A stretch of DNA of 63,349 nt, filler included, from Anaerolineae bacterium (GTDB lineage Bacteria; Chloroflexota; Anaerolineae; Epilineales; Epilineaceae), in NCBI GenBank assembly GCA_029262755.1. It is 7 parts of 7 records of this genome, joined end to end, with 100 filler letters (N's around TTAATTAATTAA, not from the genome) between each part and the next. Parts side by side here need not be neighbours in the genome. Positions count along the whole stretch, not along the records: positions 9,277 to 15,938 come from JAJCYU010000263.1; positions 16,039 to 29,682 come from JAJCYU010000264.1; 5 more parts are not named here. One strand, 5' to 3'. Every line of letters starts with the position of its first letter. Within the stretch, counting starts at the first letter, position 1. The notes under the pieces are model-generated. The model searched no databases. It had not been told where the DNA came from and saw only the letters and a program-made list of their open reading frames with translations. Shown here piece after piece: positions 9,393 to 17,535 of the stretch. A program made the position numbers and the translations under genes.

Positions 9393-11567
9393 GTGATTGC
9401 TCCGAATCGTGCAGCGACCGTGCGTAGTGCAGCCAAACAGCGTGTCCACCGTTTCGGACGCGGCTTGGGCATTGCTCTGGCGATCGCCCTCGCGACCGCA
9501 GCCGCAACCGCCACCGTCCATGCGCAGTCGGAACCGACCGTCGACGCGCTGCTCGGCCCACCGATCGCCAGCGACCTCGCAGCCATCCGCGCCCGCAGTC
9601 CGGAGATCGTGTCATACACGGGCGGACGTGTGATGGCGCTGGCCGCGGAGCGAACGCGTCCGATCGCTTGGGTGGTCCAGGGCTCGCGCGTTGTCGCCTT
9701 CGACGTATCCGGCTACGAGCCGCGCGAACGGGGGCGCACGCCGGTGCTGCCGGATCCGCTCCTCGGGCTCGCCGCAGACGCCGGCCTCGTCCTGGCGTGG
9801 TCGAAGGGCTTCGCGCCCGGCGATGCGTGGCTAATCGACGGGCGTGATCCTAGTTGGCCGCGCGACGTGCGGCCCCTTACGCTGGGCGGGCCGGTGCGCG
9901 CGGCGGTCATGGACGGGCGGACGGCCGTGCTCGTGGTGGGGGACGAGGTGGTCGTGCTCGATGCGGGCGATATGCGGCGGCCTACGATCGTTGCGCGCGC
10001 CCCGTTGCCCGAGGGCGTTCGGGACGAAGGTACACCTCTCGTCGCCTCGCAGGATGGATGGATTGCCGTCGCCGCCGGCGATCGCGCATACGTCGGGCGG
10101 ATCGCGGACGAGGGAGCGATCCGGTGGGCGGCCTACCATCAACGTGGGCGAATCGACCAGATAGAGGTCGCTGGAGATCGCCTCTTCATCCTGGTGGAGC
10201 AACTGCGAATTCAGATCGTAGACTTGAAAGCCGGGGGCTATAGGTTAGAACAGTCCGTCGTCTTCACCCAAGGCGACCACATCATCCTTCGCCTCACGTC
10301 CTTCGTTGCGAGCGAAAGGCAGCTTGTGGTTCGCGAAGCCGGAGTGATTCGGGTGATGGATCGAGTCGGCGGGCCGGATCCCTGGGTCGAGCGCGCCATT
10401 CCACACCTTCGAACAGACGTGAACTGGCTTCAGCGGACCGCAGAGGCTGCCGACGAATTGCGGCTCATTGGGTTGGGGGATGGCCTGGAACTCTTCCGGG
10501 TGCCGGTCTCTCCGATTGGCGCTTTGCGTGCCGTCCTGCGCAGGACGGGCAGCCGCCGGCCCGCGCACGGCCCCCAGTACGCCACGGCGCCGCGCGACGA
10601 CGTGCTGATCACATCGGGTGATCACGAGCTGCGCGTGCTCGACGTCTCGCGTGCGGCGTCGCCCCGGCTTCGCGCTACGGTGGAGACCGACGTTGTGGGC
10701 GCGATTTCGTGGGATATCGTGGGCCGGATCGACTGGATCGGGGACCGTGTTTGGCTTCATGACCGTGACGAGAAGGTGGTCTTTGACGTCGCCGAGTTAG
10801 ACCAACCGCGGCGCCTGGGTAGCGTACCGCACTATCTGCGTGCACCTCCGAACAGCCCGGGCGGCCTCGTGGCCGCGTTGGGGCCGTTTGCCGTGGTGGT
10901 CGATCGTCGCGAAATGGTCGTGCTGGATCAATCCAGTGTCACGGTGCTGCACTCCGAGGTATCGCGCACGGAGTTGCCCGGCTACTCGCTCCGCCTTGCA
11001 GGTGTCTCAGGCGACACGGTGTGGTTCGTCGGGAGCGCACAGTCACGCCTGACTGGCCTGATCGTCGCGGTTGATGCCGGCCGGCCGGAGCAACCGCGGG
11101 TGCTATCAACGACACCGATCGCGCCGCTGGCGAGCGCTGCCACGCTCGTCGCCGATCGCTGGCTCGCGATGATCAGCGTGCCTGTCCCTACCTCCGCTGT
11201 ACTGACGATCATCGACACGAGAGCGGAAGGCGGGCCGCGCGCCGTCGGGCAATTGGAATTCGAGAGCGCCGTGGACGCACGGGCCAGCCTGCGCGCGATG
11301 CCGCATGCCTACGGAAGCGACGTGCTCCTGACGCTGGACGATCGTCGTGTCGTCCACGTCGATCTGAGCGTGCCGGCGTTCCCGGATGAAGAACGCACGT
11401 ATTGGTTGCCCGAGCCGGGTCAATGGCCGTCGCGAGTTGGCGATACGATGTGGTTTGCCGGCAAATTCGGCGGTTTGATGGGCATCCAGCTTGACGGGGC
11501 TCTCTTCGAGCCAGCGACGTGGTTGTCGCTGCCGTTTCTTTCGCGGGCGACGCTTGGGGCGCCGTAG
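9393..11567 (+). CDS. Exported beta-propeller protein (divergent LVIVD-like repeats)
   Basis: Signal segment LGIALAIALATAAATATVHA; repeated 'VLDVSxxxxPR' units; ends WLSLPFLSRATLGAP. GTG 9393 chosen for upstream GAGG; ORF is open from 9303. Confidence 0.75.
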   Translation: MIAPNRAATVRSAAKQRVHRFGRGLGIALAIALATAAATATVHAQSEPTVDALLGPPIASDLAAIRARSPEIVSYTGGRVMALAAERTRPIAWVVQGSRVVAFDVSGYEPRERGRTPVLPDPLLGLAADAGLVLAWSKGFAPGDAWLIDGRDPSWPRDVRPLTLGGPVRAAVMDGRTAVLVVGDEVVVLDAGDMRRPTIVARAPLPEGVRDEGTPLVASQDGWIAVAAGDRAYVGRIADEGAIRWAAYHQRGRIDQIEVAGDRLFILVEQLRIQIVDLKAGGYRLEQSVVFTQGDHIILRLTSFVASERQLVVREAGVIRVMDRVGGPDPWVERAIPHLRTDVNWLQRTAEAADELRLIGLGDGLELFRVPVSPIGALRAVLRRTGSRRPAHGPQYATAPRDDVLITSGDHELRVLDVSRAASPRLRATVETDVVGAISWDIVGRIDWIGDRVWLHDRDEKVVFDVAELDQPRRLGSVPHYLRAPPNSPGGLVAALGPFAVVVDRREMVVLDQSSVTVLHSEVSRTELPGYSLRLAGVSGDTVWFVGSAQSRLTGLIVAVDAGRPEQPRVLSTTPIAPLASAATLVADRWLAMISVPVPTSAVLTIIDTRAEGGPRAVGQLEFESAVDARASLRAMPHAYGSDVLLTLDDRRVVHVDLSVPAFPDEERTYWLPEPGQWPSRVGDTMWFAGKFGGLMGIQLDGALFEPATWLSLPFLSRATLGAP

Positions 11568-11818
11568 TCACACGGATCGCGGGCGACGAACCCGAGCTAA
11601 AGCAAATCGCCGCGCTGGCTCTTGCGTGGCCACGCCCGAAACGCGCATGCCTTTGCGCTCCCACCGCAGCCTCCCCCAATGCCGCACAAGAAATAATCCC
11701 CCTGTACTTGGCCATATCAGAGTAATTTCAGAGTTCGGGAAGGGCCGTCCATCACACTCGGCTCCGTTGAGCCTTGGCGTGGTGAATTGCCGCGCATCAC
11801 ATTGATGGATGGTGGATC

Positions 11819-14800
11819 ATGTCTGCAGTTGCCCCTTTGTCCCGGCGCCCGCGTGTTGCGCGGCGCCTCCTGTTGTGCCTCATTGGAATGCTGTATGTCC
11901 TTGGAGTGATTGGCCTTTTGGAGACCACTTCGTCGGCGCACGGCGTCGACCCCTCGTCCGATGCGATCACCATCGCAGAGGACTTGAATGCGCGTGACCG
12001 GGACCGCAAGGGTCCCACCGTCACGCCGACGAAAGAACCGACGCCGACTCCGTATACGGGCCCGTCGCCCACACCGACGCCCACCGTGTACCCCTTGGGG
12101 CCGCTGGCGCACGTGTTTGGGCTGCGCGCCGAGGACCGCATCGGCTGTAGGAACCGCGGCTTGTACTACACCGACGACGATTTGAGCGAATGCCTTGAGG
12201 AATACGGGCTCAACCAGATGGCAGAGACGCTGCCCGCCACGGGCTGGGTGTCCATCCCGCGCACGAGCACGAAGTTCGTGGTGCCGGACCTGCCGGCCGA
12301 CCCCAACGAGGACGGCACGGTCGACGTGGCCATCACGTTCTCGGCGTTGATTCTCACCGAGTTGCAGGTGGTCGACGCGCCCGTGTACGTGCGTGCGCTG
12401 ATCGACGGCCAGCCGGCCGATCCGGGCAATATCGTTATCTCCGATGGTGAGACGCTGCAGCAGTATCACGTACGCAGCTTCACCTTTAGCGACAAGGCGA
12501 CGCCCGGCATCCACATTGTGGAGATGCAGTGGCTATCGCCCGAGACGAGCGTGCATGTACGGGATGCGTCCGTCGAGGTGATCATCGATCATCCGGAAGG
12601 GAACCTGCACGATCTGGCCGTGCGCAGCTCCAATGGCACGGATCTAGTGCAGATGAACCAGGCCGTTTGGACGGACGTGCCCGACACGCTGCAGGTCTTC
12701 GAGATGCCGGAGAACGGCGAGGTGGCATTTACGTTCGCGGCCAGCTTCAAGATGACGCAGGGTGACTTCTTCATGGTGCGGCCCGTTATCGACGGCGTCG
12801 CGAATGCCGAGCCGCCCTCCATCGAGCTCGGCGGTCGGGTCTTCCACCGCGAAGCGCGTTCGGCCACGTTCACCGTGGATGGGCTCGCACCAGGTTGGCA
12901 CCAGGTGAAGTACCAGTGGCGCGGCAGCCTCACCGACGAGATCGCGATGGCCGAGGTCCGCGGCTACACGTCGCGCGTGCTGGCGGGCCCGAAGCAGACC
13001 GACTCGACGAGCTTCGATGTTTCCGTGCAGCCGGGCCAGGACATGGCGCTGAAGGGGCAAGGATACGTGCCTCTCACGGGCCTGACGGAAGAGATCGAGC
13101 TGCCGGGTAACTCAGAACTCTCTCTTACCTTCAGCGGCGCGGTGACCGGTTGGCAGCCGGTGTTTGTGGCGCCCATGTTGGACGGCGAGGTGCAGTCCGA
13201 CCTCGAGGTCATGGTGCACTACCCGGCCAACTACTGTGACGGCGTGCTGTGCGGCGATGACAACATCACCGATGCCGGCGCCCGCAGCTACACGTTTTCG
13301 TTCAAGAACATGTCGCCGGGTGTCGATCCGCTCGAAATCGGAATGGCTATGCGCGCTTCGGAGAGCGAGAGTGCGTGGGGTATCGTGTGGAACGCGACGA
13401 TGACGGTGCTGCGCCAACCCTATGTCGGCCCGGACCTGGCCGTCGGGGCCAACATGGGCGGCGGATCGAAGAAGAAGCAGGCCATTATCGAGCCGATGCG
13501 CGGTTCGCGTCCGACACTTGCCATCGTCATCGATCCGCAGCGCGAAGATCAGCCCGAGGCGGACGCAGACTATATGAACGGCATCGAGGAACTCGTCTTC
13601 GGGGCCAGCCCGTCGGCCAAGAAGTTCTATGCCGCCAACTCCGGCGGCCGCTTGGACATCGTCAAGGCGGGCCCCGGGGTACTGGGGCCTTACGAGACGC
13701 AGGAGAGCGCGGACCACTACTGGACTCCGCATAGCTGCGTCGGCGACGCGGACGAGGCGCCGGGCGACGAGCAGCACGGCGTGCGCAGCGGCTTCGGCGA
13801 GTTGGTGGCCGAGGCGCTGGCCGCCGCGGACGACGACTTCGACTTCTCAGCCTACGACAACAATCGGGACGGCGTGATCAACTCGGACGAGCTCGCCGTG
13901 ATCGTAGTCACGCCGCAGGAAAGCGCAGGCGGTAGCAGCGCGGTGAGCAACTTCAAGATCAACTGCGAAAGCCCCACCGGCTTCTACAGCGAGGACGGCC
14001 CCGACGGCACGCGCATCCGCCAGTTGCTGCACTGGTACACACCGGGCGTTGGCGATGACCTCGCGACCGCGGTCGCGTCGGCCAACGTGCTCAATCACGA
14101 GTTGGGCCACCTTATTCCGTGGTTGGACGACGCCTACGGTGTCGTACCGGTCTTCAGGCAGGGTCCCAACATAGGCCAGGTCTGCGACATCGACGGCGTG
14201 GACGCCGGCGATCCGGACTGCCAGAAGCGCGTGGTGCCAACCGCGCCGGACATGATCTCGTTGATGTCGCGTTCCGGGTCCAACCTGCCGCACGTGGACG
14301 GCTTCCACAAGGTACAGATGGGCTGGGTGACGCCGGAGTCGGTGATTGCCTCGGGCACCTACACGCTCTCCGACGTCAAGACCGATGGACGGGTGATGAT
14401 CCTACCCCGCCTCAACGCGCCGCACCTCGAGTACTTCTTGCTCGAGACGCGCATCGAGGACAACAACCTGGCCACGGACCGCTACGACTACGGCATCAAC
14501 GACGACGGCTTGGCCATCTATCACGTGATCGAGCCCACCGCGGCCTGCCCGGGCGACCCGGAAGGTTGTGCAACGGCCATGGCGCCGATGTGTGTGCCAC
14601 AGGGCGTGTGGGACAATCACTTCGCGAACTTCGTCCGCACGGGCCTGCGCCTGATCCAGCCCGACGGTGGTCACCGTCTCATCTGCGACCCCGACGGTGT
14701 GTCCAACTGCTACACGGAGACATGGCAGACGTTGTGGGGCGGCGTGGGGCAGTCGATCTGGCAGGACGGTCCGATCTCGTGTCCGCCGGTGATCGGCGAA

Positions 14801-14932
14801 CCCTACCCCGACGGCGGCGCGCCCCAGCTACGCTGGTCCGACGGCACGCCGAGCGGCTACAAGATTCTCAATATCGGCTTCGGCGTGGGTGGCGGCATGG
14901 TCTTCGATCTGGAGACGGCGTATATGCCGTAG
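11819..14932 (+). CDS. Secreted M6 (immune inhibitor A-like) zinc metalloprotease with three N-terminal beta-sandwich repeats
   Basis: 'DFDFSAYDNNRDG' motif, HELGHxxxxxD zinc motif (14096-14128), Met-turn SLMS, 'FHKVQMGW', 'EYFLLETR', 'GLAIYHV'; signal peptide. Confidence 0.85.
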   Translation: MSAVAPLSRRPRVARRLLLCLIGMLYVLGVIGLLETTSSAHGVDPSSDAITIAEDLNARDRDRKGPTVTPTKEPTPTPYTGPSPTPTPTVYPLGPLAHVFGLRAEDRIGCRNRGLYYTDDDLSECLEEYGLNQMAETLPATGWVSIPRTSTKFVVPDLPADPNEDGTVDVAITFSALILTELQVVDAPVYVRALIDGQPADPGNIVISDGETLQQYHVRSFTFSDKATPGIHIVEMQWLSPETSVHVRDASVEVIIDHPEGNLHDLAVRSSNGTDLVQMNQAVWTDVPDTLQVFEMPENGEVAFTFAASFKMTQGDFFMVRPVIDGVANAEPPSIELGGRVFHREARSATFTVDGLAPGWHQVKYQWRGSLTDEIAMAEVRGYTSRVLAGPKQTDSTSFDVSVQPGQDMALKGQGYVPLTGLTEEIELPGNSELSLTFSGAVTGWQPVFVAPMLDGEVQSDLEVMVHYPANYCDGVLCGDDNITDAGARSYTFSFKNMSPGVDPLEIGMAMRASESESAWGIVWNATMTVLRQPYVGPDLAVGANMGGGSKKKQAIIEPMRGSRPTLAIVIDPQREDQPEADADYMNGIEELVFGASPSAKKFYAANSGGRLDIVKAGPGVLGPYETQESADHYWTPHSCVGDADEAPGDEQHGVRSGFGELVAEALAAADDDFDFSAYDNNRDGVINSDELAVIVVTPQESAGGSSAVSNFKINCESPTGFYSEDGPDGTRIRQLLHWYTPGVGDDLATAVASANVLNHELGHLIPWLDDAYGVVPVFRQGPNIGQVCDIDGVDAGDPDCQKRVVPTAPDMISLMSRSGSNLPHVDGFHKVQMGWVTPESVIASGTYTLSDVKTDGRVMILPRLNAPHLEYFLLETRIEDNNLATDRYDYGINDDGLAIYHVIEPTAACPGDPEGCATAMAPMCVPQGVWDNHFANFVRTGLRLIQPDGGHRLICDPDGVSNCYTETWQTLWGGVGQSIWQDGPISCPPVIGEPYPDGGAPQLRWSDGTPSGYKILNIGFGVGGGMVFDLETAYMP

Positions 14933-15139
14933 CGGTGGTACGTTGCGACTACGCGAACACGCGGTAGCAGGCGTGAATCGGCGCCGGCACGGGGGAGCAT
15001 CCCCGTGCCGGCGTCGGTGCGTTTGGGGGGCACAGTGTTGTGCGTAGCGACAACTGTGTTGCAGCATGCGCAAGAGATGGAGCGGAGGGTCCGTCCATAC
15101 AATGCCGGTCATGGGTCCAACGCTATGAGGGAGCGCGCC

Positions 15140-15814
15140 ATGAAGGGACGAATCGCACGACTCCGATCCGCACGGTCGGCACTCCTTATCCTTTTCGCCG
15201 GACTGCTGGCGCCGGCGCAGGCGAGTGCCGAAGGGCTGCTGTTGCTCGCGCCGCCCCTAGACGGGGACCTCGCGGCCTGGCCAGCGCTTGGCATGGCGGC
15301 CGGCGGGGCGGACGGCGGCGCCTCCTACGTGGCGGTGGTGGAGTCGGAGCGGTCCTTGGTGTGGATCGGGCACGGACCGCGGCTACTTGCGCTCGCCGCG
15401 CCGAATGCGGGCGGGAACGGGACGCCATCGGCCGATACAGCCCTGCGCGAGGTGGGCCGCAGTCCGGCGCTTCCCGGCGTGGTGCGGGACATCGCGATCG
15501 GCGACGGCTTCGCGCTCTTGGCCGTCCAAGGGCGGCGCGACACGGCGTGGCTGCTGGATATCAGCGATCCAAGCTGGCCACGCGCCGCGCGTCGCCTGCG
15601 GCTGAGCGCCAACGTGCGCGGTGTTGCGCTCCATGGCGCGATGGCGCTCGTCGCCACCGACAGCGAGCTGGTGCAGCTGCGGATCGACGGACCCGCACGG
15701 GCCGTCGAGGTCTGGCGCACGGATCTGCAAGGCACCGCGCTTGGCCCGGACTCACGCTGGCTTGCCACGGACGGCACGAGGGCGGCCCTCCACCTAAGAG
15801 GCAATCTGGTGTAG
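15140..15814 (+). pseudogene. Probable truncated paralogue of the 9393-11567 propeller protein
   Basis: Shares motifs with the N-terminus of the 9393 protein (REVGRSPALP vs RERGRTPVLP; AWLLDISDPSWPR vs AWLIDGRDPSWPR) but stops after ~224 aa. Confidence 0.5.
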
Positions 15815-15938
15815 GTGTTTCAGCTCGCGACAAGCGCCGCGCCTCGCTCCGAGTTGCTCCTAAACTCTGATCCACTGCGGCGCGTGACGGTGTACATGAA
15901 CCGACTCTGCATGCTGGAAGTGGGGATGGTCGCTCAGG

Positions 15939-16038
15939 NNNNNNNNNNNNNNNNNNNNNNNNNNNNNNNNNNNNNNNNNNNNTTAATTAATTAANNNNNN
16001 NNNNNNNNNNNNNNNNNNNNNNNNNNNNNNNNNNNNNN
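15939..16038. other. Artificial linker
   Basis: N/TTAATTAATTAA/N. Confidence 0.98.
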
Positions 16039-16308
16039 CCCCGCACCGCCGCGGCCGCCCGAAAGCGCAAACGCGGTGGTGACGGCGCTTGCAGTCACGA
16101 GCGCGCCCCCGGTCACGAGCTGCCGCCGCGATATCGCGCGCGATGGCTCGGCCTGATCGTCCACCGGCGATGCGGGCTCGGTCGTGGCGCCGTCGGCGTA
16201 GGTCGCCGCGTCGGTCAAACGATCGAGCTCATGCAGGGCGAACTCGTCGAATCGTGTGAGGCGCTCTGCGATGCGGTCGATGATCACGGTGCGTCGGTCG
16301 TCGTTCAT
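16039..16308 (-). CDS. N-terminus of a protein with a twin-arginine-like signal (3' truncated)
   Basis: MNDDRR...ISRRQLVTGGALVTASAVTTAFALS; runs into the linker. Confidence 0.55.
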
Positions 16309-16384
16309 GCGTTCTCGCTTCCCTGCGTCGGTTCGGGGGCCAGGGCCCCGCTGCGTGCGTGACGGTGCTTGACGGTGCGCAATT

Positions 16385-17044
16385 CTAGCGTGGTTGTGCG
16401 ATTCGCCGCTCGGCGAGCAACACCGGTTCCGAGGCCCCATCCGGCTGCTCGAGCCAGCGCGCGTCACGGCCGTCGGCGTCGAGCTCGACGAACGGGCGCG
16501 CCAGCCCCGGTGTCTCCCACGAAACTCGATCGGGGGACTCCCCATCGCCGGGGAGCCCGCGCACGGTAAACTTCACGGGGCGCACGCGCAGCGCGCCGCG
16601 GTCCACGGTGGATAGGCGAATCAGGGCGGTCATCACGGCGTCTTGGCCGGCTGGGAGCCGGGAGCCGGGAGGCACGCCCAGCGCGAGCATGCGGCCGGCC
16701 AGCGGAGGCCACAAGAGACGGTATCCGGGCGGCAACGCGATGGCCTCGCTCACCGGCTCCGCGCCTCGTCGCCAGATCAGCGCCTCGTCCTCGAAAAACG
16801 TGATTGTGATGTCGATGCGGCCCCGGCCGTCGTGGGCCGGAAGGCGGGCTTGCATGCGCTCCGGACGGCCCGCCTCGTCGAGGCTCAGGTGCCACAACGC
16901 GCCGCGCGCATCCGCAACGCGCACGAGGTGGCGCTCGCCGGGGAGACCGTGGAGCGTCCAGGTCTCGACCTCGCCGTCCGGGCCGACGTAGCTGCCGTGC
17001 TCGATCGGGCGCTCGTGGGCGCCGACGGGATGAAGATTGCGCAC
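16385..17044 (-). CDS. Hypothetical protein
   Basis: GGAGGG SD before GTG at 17044, just downstream of the 6S terminator; globular-looking sequence, no family recognised. Confidence 0.65.
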   Translation of the reverse strand: MRNLHPVGAHERPIEHGSYVGPDGEVETWTLHGLPGERHLVRVADARGALWHLSLDEAGRPERMQARLPAHDGRGRIDITITFFEDEALIWRRGAEPVSEAIALPPGYRLLWPPLAGRMLALGVPPGSRLPAGQDAVMTALIRLSTVDRGALRVRPVKFTVRGLPGDGESPDRVSWETPGLARPFVELDADGRDARWLEQPDGASEPVLLAERRIAQPR

Positions 17045-17073
17045 GAGCGATATCCCTCCGCCGAGCCATAACG

Positions 17074-17102
17074 AAAAGATCGGGGGGCCTGACGCCCCCC
17101 GA
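17074..17102 (-). terminator. Intrinsic terminator downstream of the 6S RNA
   Basis: Minus strand TCGGGGGGC-GTCAG-GCCCCCCGA followed by TCTTTT. Confidence 0.75.
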
Positions 17103-17142
17103 GTTCCAGCAGTGGAGGGCAAAACCCCTCCGAATCATGGCG

Positions 17143-17315
17143 CTGCCGCGCCGGCCGGCGGTGGTCGCTCAACCTGCTTTCGCAGGTGGGTGCCCGCCGG
17201 ACGTCCCGCACACCGTGGGGCCGAACCCCAATTGGGACGGGGCCGTCATCGCGAGTCGGACTCCCAATGAGCTGACGTAGGTTGACGACACATAACACCG
17301 ATCCCGCGCAGCAGT
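17143..17315 (-). ncRNA. ssrS: 6S RNA
   Basis: ~173-nt rod. Terminal pairings CTGCTGCGC/GCGCGGCAG, CGGTG/CACCG, GTCG/CGAC, TCAACCT/AGGTTGA flank a central bubble. TTGGGAGTCCG and GGCACCCACCTGCGAAAGCAGGTTGA resemble Firmicute 6S motifs. Has its own promoter and terminator. Confidence 0.85.
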
Positions 17316-17321
17316 GGCGAC

Positions 17322-17350
17322 AGGCTACCATCGCCCGGTGACGTCGCCAA
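17322..17350 (-). promoter_or_regulatory. Sigma70-type promoter for the 6S RNA
   Basis: Minus strand TTGGCG-17 bp-TAGCCT with TG extension; predicted +1 is the A at 17315. Confidence 0.65.
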
Positions 17351-17376
17351 ACGATTGACATCGCTCGGGTTGGGGG

Positions 17377-17404
17377 TTGACGTAACCGAGGAACCCGGTA
17401 CAAT
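17377..17404 (+). promoter_or_regulatory. Sigma70-type promoter for the RND gene
   Basis: TTGACG-16 bp-TACAAT. Confidence 0.6.
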
Positions 17405-17535
17405 GGGCGTTGGTTATCATCATATTAAGCGGACCGGCTTTCCGACACGTTGGCCCGGCCCGTGGTCTTGGAGGCGGCGCAGTCCCCCACGCGGCGCGCG
17501 CTTCGTGCTCTACGTGCGTGCTGGGAGAACCTGCC

